From an uncultured Deinococcaceae bacterium (GTDB lineage: Bacteria; Deinococcota; Deinococci; Deinococcales; Deinococcaceae): a stretch of DNA of 64,000 bases. Every line of letters starts with the position of its first letter. Position 1 is the first letter of the stretch. Location: positions 123,027-187,026 of the forward strand of contig CAXULY010000008.1 of NCBI GenBank assembly GCA_964252075.1, given 5' to 3'. This document shows, in pieces, positions 32,814-43,936 of the stretch. Made by a program: the position numbers and the translations under genes. The notes beneath the pieces were generated by a model. The model made no database searches and had not been told where the DNA came from. It saw only the letters and a list, made by a program, of their open reading frames with translations.

Positions 32814-34403
32814 CTAGAAGCGCGCGCGCTGACCGAGCGCGGTGAGCACCTCACGCGCGGCGCGCTCCCCGCTCTCCGCGCCGCCCTCCATGTACCCCTG
32901 CGCCTCCAGGCTGGTGTGCTCCCCCGCGAAGTGCAGCCGCCCCACCCGCTCGCCCTCCGCGCCCGCGATGCCCGTCCACTGGCCCGGCCGGTACGCCGCG
33001 TACGACGCGCGCACGAACGGCTGCGTGGGCCAGTGCGCCCGGACCGCTGGGCGTCCATCGCGCGCGTCCGTGAGGTGCGGGTACAGGGCGTTCATCTGCG
33101 TGAGCCACGCGCGCGTCTGCGACTCCGCGCTGCCCGCCCCGATCTCCAGACCGTGCCGCCCCCCCGTGAAGTTCGTGAGGGTGCCGGGCAAACCGGTGCG
33201 GGTGGCGGTGCGGCTGCTCTCCCAGGTGGTCTGGAAGGGTCGCTCGGAGAAGGTCGCGCCGTTGCTGTTGTACCGGGTGCGCCACACGCGCTCCGTGAAC
33301 CCCGCGATGAGCTTCGCGTTCGTGCCGTACCCCAGTTCCGCGATGGCGCGGCGCTTCGCGGCGGGGAGCTCCACCCGCAGGTCCACCTCCCGCAGCATGG
33401 TGAAGGGCAGCGTCAGCACCACCTGCTGCGCGCGCACGTCCTGCGTGCGCCCGCCGCGTTCGAAACTCAGGGTGTACCCCCCGAGGGCGTCCTCGCGCAG
33501 CGCCACGAGCCGCGCGCTCAACTCCAGCTGCCCCACGAGCTGCTGCGCGAGGCGGCGCGGGATTTCGGCGTTCCCGCCGACCGTCGTGAAGCGCTCGTCA
33601 CTCTCGCCGTACAGCGCGAAGCGGTCGGAGTCCGTCCCGATGAGCGTGAGGAGGTTCAGGCTGGACTGCTCGTCCGCCTCCAGGCCGAACTCCGTCGTGT
33701 ACGACAGCTTCAGCAGGTCGCGCAGCCACGGCTCGAGGTCCACGCCGTCCAGGTACGCGCTGATGGACTGCCGGTCGAGGGGCGCCGCGCGGCCCGGCGT
33801 GCGGTACGTGATGTCCGCGTCCCCGAGCGCCGCGAGGTCTGCGTCGATGCGCCGCGCGAGCGGGCGGAACGCGGCGAGCACCTCGGCGTCCGTGCGCCGC
33901 CCCCCGAAATCCCAGATGTTCGTCGTGAGGCCGCGGTCTGTCGGGTCGAGGTCGTACAGCGCCACCCCAAGCTCACGCGCGAGGCGCCGGATGCTGGTGT
34001 GCCCACTGTCAATGAACTCGCCGCCCAGCTCCACGTGCCGCTGTCCGAACGCGCCGTACAGGGTGGACATGCGCCCGCCGACGCGCCCCGCCGCCTCGAA
34101 CACCCGCACCGGCACGCCCGCCCGCTTGAGGCGCCACGCCGACGTGAGGCCCGCGATGCCCGCGCCCACCACCACCACCGGCGCGGTCCGGACCGCTGCG
34201 GGCGCACCGGACCCGCCCGCCAGGGCCCGCGCGCCGAGCGTCGCAGCGCCCAGGACCGCGCCGCGCCGCAGCAGTTCACGGCGCGTCAGGCGCGCGGCGT
34301 CCGCGAGGCCGAGGGCGTCGTCGTCACTCAGCAGGCGGCGTTCGGTGTCACGCGCGAGGCGCAGGTGCGCCCTCACGCGGCCGAACAGGGGGGAGCGGCT
34401 CAA
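32814..34403 (-). CDS. Flavin monoamine oxidase family protein
   Basis: GAGIAGL, EA..RVGGR, ELGGEFI, FAGEHT, GYMEGG.ESGERAA. Confidence 0.92.
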   Translation of the reverse strand: MSRSPLFGRVRAHLRLARDTERRLLSDDDALGLADAARLTRRELLRRGAVLGAATLGARALAGGSGAPAAVRTAPVVVVGAGIAGLTSAWRLKRAGVPVRVFEAAGRVGGRMSTLYGAFGQRHVELGGEFIDSGHTSIRRLARELGVALYDLDPTDRGLTTNIWDFGGRRTDAEVLAAFRPLARRIDADLAALGDADITYRTPGRAAPLDRQSISAYLDGVDLEPWLRDLLKLSYTTEFGLEADEQSSLNLLTLIGTDSDRFALYGESDERFTTVGGNAEIPRRLAQQLVGQLELSARLVALREDALGGYTLSFERGGRTQDVRAQQVVLTLPFTMLREVDLRVELPAAKRRAIAELGYGTNAKLIAGFTERVWRTRYNSNGATFSERPFQTTWESSRTATRTGLPGTLTNFTGGRHGLEIGAGSAESQTRAWLTQMNALYPHLTDARDGRPAVRAHWPTQPFVRASYAAYRPGQWTGIAGAEGERVGRLHFAGEHTSLEAQGYMEGGAESGERAAREVLTALGQRARF

Positions 34404-34479
34404 CTGGACCTCGCGTCGTGCATCAGGGGCCTCCTTGAATGCCCCAGCTTAACCTTTTGGCCGCACGCTCAGATCAACC

Positions 34480-34785
34480 TCACACGGCGTCCGTCAGGCC
34501 GTACAGCTCCAGGAAGCGCCGCGTGCGCGCCGCCAGGGTGGGCAGGGGCGCCACCTCGCCGCACACCCAGTCGGGTGTGTAGTTGCGGCACACCGCCGGA
34601 CGACTGGCGTACACCCCGCAGCGGCAGTCCGCGCCGAGGTGCGCGCACGGCACCCCGAGGGGCTTCGCGAGGGCCGCGATGTCCGGCGCCGCGCAGCACG
34701 CCCCGCACCCGCTGCACGCGCGCTGCCACGCGCTGCGCGGCGCGACCTCCGGCGGCGCGCGGAACAGGTCCGGCGCGTCAGCCAC
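34480..34785 (-). CDS. YkgJ-family cysteine cluster protein
   Basis: CSGCGACC...PC.HL...C.VY..RP.VC. Confidence 0.85.
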   Translation of the reverse strand: MADAPDLFRAPPEVAPRSAWQRACSGCGACCAAPDIAALAKPLGVPCAHLGADCRCGVYASRPAVCRNYTPDWVCGEVAPLPTLAARTRRFLELYGLTDAV

Positions 34786-35593
34786 CGAAGGCGTCCGCGC
34801 ACAGCGAGCCGCGCTGCGCCTCGGCCAGTTGGCCCTGCGGGAAGAAGTTCAGGCCGCTGCGCCGCTCGATCTCCGCGATGCTCACCTCGTAGCGCGAGAA
34901 GTTCGTGGTGCGCCGCAACGCCGCGTTCGGCATCAGGAACGCGCGGTAAGCGCCGCTGCGGGCGTCCAGCGCGATCTTGAAGAGGGCGTCCGGCACCTCC
35001 ACGCGGTCCGGACCCACCGTGCGCGCGCGGCCCTCGAAGATCGGTCCCGTGATGACGAAGAGCTCCCCGGAGCGTTTCGCGCACGCGCGCGTCGCGGCCT
35101 CCAGGCCCGCCCAGATCTGCTCGTTCATCACGCGGTTCTGCGGCACCATGTTCGACAGGTAGAAGCTCTGGTGCATCTCCCGCGTGTCCGTCGCGTCCGC
35201 CGCGGGCGCCATGTGGCCCCGGTCGTAGCCGCTGCCCGCGTAATCGTTCAGCTCCGCGCGCTGCCCGCCCGGCAGGTCCGGGTCCGGCTGGAAGTCATCG
35301 GTGCGCGTGACGCTCCGCGCGAGGTCGCGCGCGACGAGGTGCTCGGCAGAGTACAGCGGCACCTTGCGCACGTCGTCGTGCAGGGTGGCGTACCCCAGGC
35401 GGCACAGGAAGGTCGTGCGTTCCCCGGTCCTGGGCTGCGGCTGCCCGAACGCGAACATCTCGCCGCACGCGCCCCCCGTGCTGGCGGGCGGGCGGCCCCG
35501 CTGCTGCTCGAACAGCCAGCCGAGCACGCCCAGCACCAGCACCACGATGACCAGCCACAACGGCTGCCGCGGCGATCGACGGCTTCTTGACAT
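34778..35593 (-). CDS. DNA/RNA non-specific endonuclease (NucA/EndoG-type), membrane-anchored
   Basis: DRGHMAPA, FYLSNMVPQ, N-terminal TM. Confidence 0.93.
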   Translation of the reverse strand: MSRSRRSPRQPLWLVIVVLVLGVLGWLFEQQRGRPPASTGGACGEMFAFGQPQPRTGERTTFLCRLGYATLHDDVRKVPLYSAEHLVARDLARSVTRTDDFQPDPDLPGGQRAELNDYAGSGYDRGHMAPAADATDTREMHQSFYLSNMVPQNRVMNEQIWAGLEAATRACAKRSGELFVITGPIFEGRARTVGPDRVEVPDALFKIALDARSGAYRAFLMPNAALRRTTNFSRYEVSIAEIERRSGLNFFPQGQLAEAQRGSLCADAFGG

Positions 35594-35597
35594 GCCC

Positions 35598-36713
35598 CTA
35601 CTGTAGCGTTCCCTCCCGCCGCGCCGACTCCGCGCCCAGCATGGCGATCAGCAGCGCGCACAGCGCCGCGAGCTGCCACAGGCCGCCCGCCGCGAGGCCC
35701 AGCGGCACACTCACGAGCGCCACCGCCGCCGCCACCGCCCGCCACAGGCCGTGTCCCACCCGCACGGTGCGCCGGAAGAACACGTCGCCCAGCAGGTACA
35801 CCGCGAGGCCCGCGCCCAGCCACCACGCCGCGCCCACCGGAAAGGGCGCGTGCAGGTGCGGGATGACCTCACCGAGGCCCGCCGCGACCAGCACGATCCC
35901 GCCGATCATCACGACGTGCGCGTACCCGTACCCGCTCAGCGCGGCGCGCGCGCGGTCGTCCCCGCTCAGGTAGGCGAGCGCCTCGCCCGCCTCTTCGTCC
36001 TCACGGTCGAAGTAACTCCACCACAGGCCCGCCGCGAGCGCCAGCCCCAGCAGCGCCGCAATGACCACCTCGCCGCGCACCGCCTCCCCACCCGCGCCCG
36101 CCCCGATCGCCACGATGGATTCCCCCAGCGCGATCAGCACCACCAGGCCGTGCCGCTCCGCGAAATGCGTGGGGTTCACCTCGAAGCCCTGCACGTGCCT
36201 CAGCAGCGTGGACGCCACCATCAGCAGCACCGCCAGCCCCCACAACGGCGCACGCCACGCAGGCGGCGCGAAGGCCGCCGCCAGCACGCACAGCGCCCCG
36301 CCGATGTTGAAGGGCGCCACGCCGAAGATGGCGCGCGCCGAGCCGCCCGGCGCGCGCGTGAAGAGCCCCGCGTGAATGCACACCACCAGCAGGTACGCCA
36401 GCCCGAACGCCACACCGTCCCGCCCGAACGCCTGCGGGACGCTCAGGGACATCACCAGGAAGCCCGCCATGCCGGTCAGGAGCAGCAGCCGCGCGGTGGG
36501 CGTCCGCGTGCCCACGTTGTTCGTGAGCCACGCGTACCCGCCGTACATCCACCACGTCACCAGCAGCACCAGCGCCGCCTGCAGCAGGCCCCGCGCGCCG
36601 CGCCCTTCCCCCACGAGGTGCGACACCTGCGTGATGGTGAACACGAACACCAGGTCGAAGAACAGTTCCAGTGTCGAGACGCGCGTCGGGGCGCCCGGGG
36701 TCCCGGAGGTCAT
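35598..36713 (-). CDS. Low temperature requirement protein A family
   Basis: LELFFDLVFVF, ERHGL..LIALGES, WWSYF. Confidence 0.9.
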   Translation of the reverse strand: MTSGTPGAPTRVSTLELFFDLVFVFTITQVSHLVGEGRGARGLLQAALVLLVTWWMYGGYAWLTNNVGTRTPTARLLLLTGMAGFLVMSLSVPQAFGRDGVAFGLAYLLVVCIHAGLFTRAPGGSARAIFGVAPFNIGGALCVLAAAFAPPAWRAPLWGLAVLLMVASTLLRHVQGFEVNPTHFAERHGLVVLIALGESIVAIGAGAGGEAVRGEVVIAALLGLALAAGLWWSYFDREDEEAGEALAYLSGDDRARAALSGYGYAHVVMIGGIVLVAAGLGEVIPHLHAPFPVGAAWWLGAGLAVYLLGDVFFRRTVRVGHGLWRAVAAAVALVSVPLGLAAGGLWQLAALCALLIAMLGAESARREGTLQ

Positions 36714-36767
36714 GCCCCCAGCATAAGAGGCGGCCCGGCCCCAGCAGGGGGCCGGGCCGCCACGTCC

Positions 36768-37781
36768 TCAGAGCCCGAGGAGCCGCGCGATGAGGTGCAT
36801 CACCTCGTAGAACAGCCAGCCCATGATGATGCACGCCGGAATCGTGATGATCCACGCCAGCACGATCTGCCCCGCCACCTGCCAGCGCACCCGCCGGTAC
36901 CCCTGCGCGGTCCCCACGCCCATGATAGCCGTGCTGATCACGTGCGTGGTGCTCACCGGAATGCCCAGGTGCGTCGCCGCCTGAATGACCGTCGCGGCGC
37001 TCACCTCCGCCGCGAAACCATCGATGGGCCGCAGATCCGCCATCTTGAAGCCCACCGTCTTGATGACGCGCCACCCGCCGATCGTGGTGCCGAGACCCAT
37101 CGCGACCGCGCACGACAGCACCACCCAGGTCGGCACGCCGAACTGACTGCCCGTCCACCCGAAGTACGACGCGAGCGCCAGCGTGATGATCCCCATGGTC
37201 TTCTGCGCGTCGTTCCCGCCGTGACTGAAGGCCATGTACGCCGCCGACAGCACCTGCAGGCGCCCGAACACCGACGTCACGAGGCGCGGGCGCCAGCGCG
37301 CCACCAGCCAGAACAGGGCCGCCAGCACCAGCAGCGCCACCGCGAAACCCAGCAGCGGGCTCGCCCACAGGCCCGTCAGGGTCTTGCCGACGCCCTTGTA
37401 CTGCACGATGCGCCACCCGCCGGCCGCGACGCCCGCCCCCACGATCGAGAACACCAGCGCGTGACTCGAACTGCTCGGCAGGCCCCGCCACCATGTGAAG
37501 AGGTTCCACGCGATGGCGGACAGCATCGCCGCCGCGACCAGCAGCAAGGTCGAGAACTCCGGCGCGATGATGTCCTTCCCGACGGTCGTCGCGACCGCCG
37601 TGCCCGTCAGCGCGCCCAGCGTGTTCAGCACCCCCGCCATGATCACCGCCTGCGCGGGCGACAGCGCGCGCGTCGCCACCGACGTCGCAATGGCGTTCGC
37701 CGTGTCGTGAAAGCCGTTGATGAAATCGAAGGCGAGCGCCAGCGCCACAATCACGACCAGCCCCACCAGGGCGCCCGTCAC
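36768..37781 (-). CDS. pit: Inorganic phosphate transporter (PiT family)
   Basis: NGFHDTANAIAT, LPSSSSHAL, HGGNDAQK, PVSTTH. Confidence 0.95.
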   Translation of the reverse strand: MTGALVGLVVIVALALAFDFINGFHDTANAIATSVATRALSPAQAVIMAGVLNTLGALTGTAVATTVGKDIIAPEFSTLLLVAAAMLSAIAWNLFTWWRGLPSSSSHALVFSIVGAGVAAGGWRIVQYKGVGKTLTGLWASPLLGFAVALLVLAALFWLVARWRPRLVTSVFGRLQVLSAAYMAFSHGGNDAQKTMGIITLALASYFGWTGSQFGVPTWVVLSCAVAMGLGTTIGGWRVIKTVGFKMADLRPIDGFAAEVSAATVIQAATHLGIPVSTTHVISTAIMGVGTAQGYRRVRWQVAGQIVLAWIITIPACIIMGWLFYEVMHLIARLLGL

Positions 37782-37808
37782 GCGCCCACCCCACCGGAGC
37801 GCACGCCC

Positions 37809-38441
37809 TCACGCATTCTTGAGGAGCACCTCCTCCACGCGGTTCGCCACGCGCTGCGCGGCGTCCGTCACCTCCTCCAGCAGCGCGTACACCTCCGACC
37901 ACCGCAGCGCGTGCACCAGCGACGGAATGTCCGCCGCCCCATCGAACAGCGTGGCCTGCGCCTGCTCGGAAATCTCGTCCGCCTGACTCTCCAGCGCCCG
38001 CACCTGATCCAGCACCTCGCCCACGCCCTGCGCCCGGCGCGGCTCACCCAGCCGGGGCAGCACCTGCACCAGCAGTTCCGCCTGCTGCACCGCGATGCGC
38101 GCGAGCGTCAGGGCCTGCGGCGTCGCCTGCGGGAGCCGGTACAGCCGCAGGCGACGCCCGGCGTCCTCCAGGTTGTCCACGAAGTCATCCAGCTGCTCAT
38201 TCAGGATCAGGATGTCCTCGCGATCGAACGGCACCAGGAACGAATCGCGCACGGTGTTGATGACGCGCCGCGCCAGCACGTCCCCGTTGCGCTCGCACTC
38301 CCGCAGCCGCGCGATGCCCTGCTCCTGCGCCTCCGGGTGCTCGAAGAGTGACACCAGCGCCTGCGCGGTCGCCAGGGCGTTCGCGCCCACCTCACCCAGC
38401 AGTGGCCCGAACTTCGTGGATTTCGGAAAGATGCTCAACAT
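37809..38441 (-). CDS. DUF47 (PhoU-like) Pit accessory protein
   Basis: E..GD, PFDREDI, LE..AD; directly upstream of pit. Confidence 0.88.
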   Translation of the reverse strand: MLSIFPKSTKFGPLLGEVGANALATAQALVSLFEHPEAQEQGIARLRECERNGDVLARRVINTVRDSFLVPFDREDILILNEQLDDFVDNLEDAGRRLRLYRLPQATPQALTLARIAVQQAELLVQVLPRLGEPRRAQGVGEVLDQVRALESQADEISEQAQATLFDGAADIPSLVHALRWSEVYALLEEVTDAAQRVANRVEEVLLKNA

Positions 38442-38669
38442 GCGCCATTGATACCAGGGTGGGTGCCAGGTGGGTAGGGGGAGGAGTCCTGAAGTCTTGT
38501 GATCTTGCCGATGCAAGGACGTTCCGGCGCCCGGTCACAGGGCGTGGGCAGCCCAGGGTCCTGGCGTGGCGCTCAGGCCAGCTGCGGTGAGGACCCCATC
38601 GGCACGGTCGCCTTAGGGGCGAACGGGAGCCTGCGGCCCCTAATCCCTCAGGCGGCCTGCGTTGAACAG

Positions 38670-38700
38670 AGGAGCGCCGCCTCGTTCGGGCGGCGCTCCT
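38670..38700 (-). terminator. Hairpin after glyA
   Basis: AGGAGCGCCGCC...GGCGGCGCTCCT. Confidence 0.65.
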
Positions 38701-38728
38701 CAGGAATTCCGTATCTCTAACTGACGCT

Positions 38729-39961
<1,233 letters not shown>

Positions 39962-40070
39962 GCCCTCAAGCTAACACCCGCGCGTGAGGCGAGGGAGAGG
40001 CTCGTGCAGACCGCCGTACGGCGATTGGCGGATGGCGCGCGCCCCACGCAGCCGCTACGCTCGGGCCACC

Positions 40071-40097
40071 ATGACCTTTCCCCTGACGCTGTACTGA
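40071..40097 (+). promoter_or_regulatory. Putative leader peptide uORF (MTFPLTLY) of the GNAT gene
   Basis: TACGCT at 40056, then ATG...TGA, followed by alternative hairpins. Confidence 0.45.
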
Positions 40098-40193
40098 CCC
40101 GCCTTGCACGCCACCGCCAGGTTCGCCGCCTGGGGTTCCATCGTGGGTCATCACCGAGCGTTTTTCCGGCCCTGAGGCCGGTTGGGGGCAAGC

Positions 40194-41141
40194 ATGAATC
40201 CAGTGTTGAGGGCCTTTCGGCCCAGCGACCTTCCCGCCATTCGCGCGCTGCACGAGCGCAGCGCGTCCACTCCCGCGGTGGACCGCGCGGCGGAGCAGCC
40301 CGAGGACGCGCAGGGCGACGAACCGCTGCGCCGCTTCGTGGTGGAGGACGGCGGCGCGCTGCTGGGGTACGCATACGTCGCGCGCTCGGCGTGGCACCCG
40401 GCGGGCCACGTGCAGGGCGAGGTCTTCGTCCACCCCGAGGACCGCCGCCGGGGCATCGGCGCGGTCCTCGCGCGCGGCGCCCTGGCGTGGGCGGCGGACG
40501 TGGGGGCGTCCTCGTTCACGAGCTGGGCGGACGGTCGGTTCCCGGAGTTCGAGCGCTTCGCACTGGGGCACGGCTTTGAGGTCGTGCAGCGCTTCGTCAC
40601 CATGACCCTCACGCCCGCGGACGTGGGTGAGGCTCTCGTGGAGGACTTCGTGGCCGCCGCGCGGCGCGCTGGGGTGTCGCTGTTCACGTTCGAGGACGCG
40701 CGCGGCGCGCCGGAGGCCCGCCAGCGCCTGTATGAGCTGAACCGCCGCCTCGCGCCGCTGCTGCCCGGCAACGGTGACGACTTCCCGACCTTCGAGGCGT
40801 ACGCGCGGGAGGTGCTGGACGCCGCGTGGTTCCGCCCAGAGGGGCAGCTGATCGCGGCGGTGGAGGACCGCTGGGTGGGCCTCGTCGGCCTCGGCTTCTA
40901 CGAGGGCGGGCGGCGCCTGCACCATGAATTCACGGCGGTGGACCCCGCGCACCAGGGGCGCGGCATTGCGCTCGCCCTGAAAGCCTGGAGCGTGCAGAAG
41001 GCGCGCTCATGGGGCGCGCAGGAGGTCCACACGGGAAACGACGCCACGAACGCCGCGATCATCGGCGTGAACCGCCGCCTGGGGTATCGCCTGGAACCGG
41101 GCGTGGTGAAGCTGCACCGCAGCATCGCTGCCCGCACCTGA
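40194..41141 (+). CDS. Tandem-domain GNAT N-acetyltransferase
   Basis: VHPEDRRRGIG and TAVDPAHQGRGIA..LK...N.A...N.RLGY. Confidence 0.9.
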   Translation: MNPVLRAFRPSDLPAIRALHERSASTPAVDRAAEQPEDAQGDEPLRRFVVEDGGALLGYAYVARSAWHPAGHVQGEVFVHPEDRRRGIGAVLARGALAWAADVGASSFTSWADGRFPEFERFALGHGFEVVQRFVTMTLTPADVGEALVEDFVAAARRAGVSLFTFEDARGAPEARQRLYELNRRLAPLLPGNGDDFPTFEAYAREVLDAAWFRPEGQLIAAVEDRWVGLVGLGFYEGGRRLHHEFTAVDPAHQGRGIALALKAWSVQKARSWGAQEVHTGNDATNAAIIGVNRRLGYRLEPGVVKLHRSIAART

Positions 41142-41196
41142 CGCGCTCACCGGCCCCGGCGGTCACCGCGCCGCCGGGGCCGCTACACTGCCCTTC

Positions 41197-41961
41197 ATGC
41201 ACGGATTCGCTCAGGTGGCGTGGCGGCGCCTCGGGCGGGTGGCGCTGGACGTGCTGTTCGCCTTCGTCATCCCGGTCGGTCTGCTCGCGCCGGGCGCCCT
41301 GCACCTCCCGTGGCGCGCCGCCGACCACCTGGGCGTGGCGGGCACGTACGTCCTGGCGGGCCTCATTCCCGCCGCGTACGCGGTGTGGGACACCCTGCGC
41401 CACCGCAGCCTGAACCCCTTCGTGCTGTTCGCCCTCGCGAGCGCGCTGTCGGGCGGGCTGCTGAGCTTCGCGCGGGTGGACGGCGTGTGGTTCGCGCTGA
41501 AAGACGCGTACCACTCCGCGCTCCTCGCGGGCGCGTGCGCGGTGTCCCTGCTGGTCCGGCACCCGCTGTTCGAGTTGATCTTCTACGGCCTGCTGTCGCC
41601 CGACACGCCCGCGCGGGCCGCCCTGCTGCGCCGCGCCCTCGCGGAGCCCGCCGTGCGCGCCCGGCTGGGGTGGGCGACCACGCTGGTCCTCGTGAAAGCC
41701 GTGGTGCTGGGCGTCACGTCGTTCCTGGTGGCGCGCGCCGTCGTGACCGCGCCCTTCGGCACGCCGGACTTCAACGTGCAGGTGGGTCACGCGCACACCC
41801 TCACCTTCCCGCTGGCGCTGGTCCTCGACGTGCTCGGGTACGGCGGCGCGCTGCTGCTCGTTCAGGCGGCGCTGCGCTCCGCGCTCGGTGTGCGCGCGCG
41901 GGTGTGGGAGGCGGGCCTGTGGACGGACCTGGAAGCGCGGGCGGCGGGCCGCGCGGCCTGA
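41197..41961 (+). CDS. Multi-TM membrane protein (VC0807-like)
   Basis: IP motif, W.ALKD, SLL..HPL; TACACT before ATG. Confidence 0.7.
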   Translation: MHGFAQVAWRRLGRVALDVLFAFVIPVGLLAPGALHLPWRAADHLGVAGTYVLAGLIPAAYAVWDTLRHRSLNPFVLFALASALSGGLLSFARVDGVWFALKDAYHSALLAGACAVSLLVRHPLFELIFYGLLSPDTPARAALLRRALAEPAVRARLGWATTLVLVKAVVLGVTSFLVARAVVTAPFGTPDFNVQVGHAHTLTFPLALVLDVLGYGGALLLVQAALRSALGVRARVWEAGLWTDLEARAAGRAA

Positions 41962-42015
41962 ACGCTATACTTTCCCCTGCACGCGCCCCTGGTGGGCGCT
42001 TAAAGGAGTGCCCAG

Positions 42016-43111
42016 ATGCAGGACCTGCTGAATCAACTGGCGTCGCTCCGGGAGTATCTTTGACATTCCCGGCAAAACGCGCCGCCTCGCGGAACTCGAC
42101 CGTGAACTCGAAAACCCCAACCTCTGGAACGACACCGCCACCGCGCGTCAGGTGACACAGGAGTCCACCACCCTGCGCCGCGTGATCGACGGGTACACCA
42201 AGCTGCAGAGCGACGCGGACGGCCTCTCGGAGATGCTCGAAATCGCCAGCCCCGAGGAGCGCGAGATGCTCGCCGAGGAGCAGGAGAGCGTCGCCGCGCG
42301 CGTGGATGAACTTTACAAGGAAACGCTCTTCACCATGAAGCACGCGGACGCGCCCGCCATCGTGCGCGTCAAGAGCGGGGCGGGCGGCACGGAGAGCATG
42401 GACTGGGCGGGCATGCTGGAGCGCATGTTCATGCGCTGGGCCGAGCGGCGCGGCTACAAGGTGGAGCTGCTCGACCAGCAGGACGGCGAGCAGGCGGGCG
42501 TCGTGAGCGCGGAGTTCATCATCCGCGGTGAGCGTGCCTACGGCATGATGGCGCCCGAGCACGGCGTGCACCGCCTCGTGCGCGTCTCGCCCTTCGACAG
42601 CAACAACCGCCGCCACACCAGCTTCGCGAGCGTGGACGTGGTGCCGGAAGTGCCGCCCGAAGAGATCAACATCCACATTCCCGACTCCGACCTGCGCCGC
42701 GACGTGTTCCGCTCGCAGGGCGCGGGCGGGCAGGGCGTGAACACCACGGACTCTGCCGTGCGCCTCACGCACCTGCCCACCGGCATCGCCGTGGCGTCGC
42801 AGGTGACGCGCTCGCAGATCAAGAACCACGAGATCGCCCTTGAGATCCTCAAGCAGCGCCTGTACGACATTGAGGCCAGGAAGCGCGAGGCCGAGGAGCA
42901 GGCGGCGCGCGGCGAGCAGAAGAAGATCGAGTGGGGTTCGCAGATCCGCAGTTACGTGCTGGACAAGCAGTACGTCAAGGACCACCGCACGGGCGTCATG
43001 CGCCACGACCCCAGCAACGTGCTGGACGGCGACCTGGACGACTTCATGTGGGCGGGCCTGGAGTGGCTGGCGGGCAAGCGCGCCAGCGAAGAGGACAGCG
43101 CCGACGAGTGA
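42016..43111 (+). CDS. prfB: Peptide chain release factor 2 with programmed +1 frameshift
   Basis: ATG 42016 [15 protein letters not shown], then CTT TGA C at 42058-42064 preceded by GGGAG; +1 frame DIPGK...SPF...GGQ. Confidence 0.97.
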
Positions 43112-43122
43112 CCGCGCGGCGT

Positions 43123-43152
43123 GAGGGGCCGGGCCACGTGGCCCGGCCCCTC
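43123..43152 (+). terminator. Hairpin after prfB
   Basis: GAGGGGCCGGGCCAC/GTGGCCCGGCCCCTC palindrome. Confidence 0.6.
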
Positions 43153-43215
43153 GCTTTCCCGATGCCCCACGGTCCGGGCGGCCCTCGCCCCGCCCGAGCG
43201 CTTTATGCTGCGCTC

Positions 43216-43926
43216 GTGACCCGTGAAGTTCCCCCCCTGCCGCGCGGCGCGAAGGCGCGCGCGGTGGGCCTCCTGCCGCTGCTGCGCGAGACATACCCGG
43301 ACGCCCGCACGGAGCTCGCGTTCACGAACCCCTTCGAGCTATTGGTCGCAACGGTGCTGTCCGCGCAGGCGACGGACGTGAGCGTGAACGCCGCGACGCC
43401 CGCCCTGTTCCGCGCGTACCCGGACGCGCGCGCGCTTGGCGCCGCGACGCCCGAGGAGGTCGAGCCGTTCATCCGGCGCATCGGGCTGTACCGCGCGAAG
43501 GCGAAGAACCTCGTGCGGCTCGCGCAGCTGCTCGTGGAGCGCCACGCGGGCGACGTGCCGAACGACTTTGACGCGGTGGTCGCGCTGCCCGGCGCGGGCC
43601 GCAAGACCGCGAACGTGGTGCTTTCCAACGCCTACGGGTACCCGGCCATCGCGGTGGACACGCACGTGGGGCGCCTCGCGCGCCGCCTGGGCCTCAGCGC
43701 GCACCTCGACCCGGACAAGGTAGAGCGCGACCTCATGCGGCTCTTCCCGCAGCACAGCTGGATTTTCCTGCATCACGCGCTGATCCTGCACGGGCGGCGG
43801 GTGTGCACGGCGCGCCGCCCGCGCTGCGAGGACTGCGTGCTGGCGCTGCTGTGCCCGCGCGTCGGGGTGACGGAAACGGCGGAGTCACAACCGCGTGTGA
43901 AACCTTCAGACGGAAGCAAGGGGTAG
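43216..43926 (+). CDS. nth: Endonuclease III
   Basis: FELLVATVLSAQATD, LPGAGRKTANVV, VDTH, C-x6-C-x2-C-x5-C; GTG start after TATGCT. Confidence 0.94.
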   Translation: MTREVPPLPRGAKARAVGLLPLLRETYPDARTELAFTNPFELLVATVLSAQATDVSVNAATPALFRAYPDARALGAATPEEVEPFIRRIGLYRAKAKNLVRLAQLLVERHAGDVPNDFDAVVALPGAGRKTANVVLSNAYGYPAIAVDTHVGRLARRLGLSAHLDPDKVERDLMRLFPQHSWIFLHHALILHGRRVCTARRPRCEDCVLALLCPRVGVTETAESQPRVKPSDGSKG

Positions 43927-43936
43927 ACTGCGAAGG

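Noticed and set aside
39962..40190. ZMP/ZTP or glycine riboswitch upstream of glyA
   Set aside because: No consensus seen on the minus strand, and glyA looks leaderless (TAGCTT just upstream).
43203..43219. RDRM (DdrO site)-like TTATGCTGCGCTCGTGA over the nth start
   Set aside because: It mismatches key right-arm positions and is explained by a -10 box plus a GTG start.
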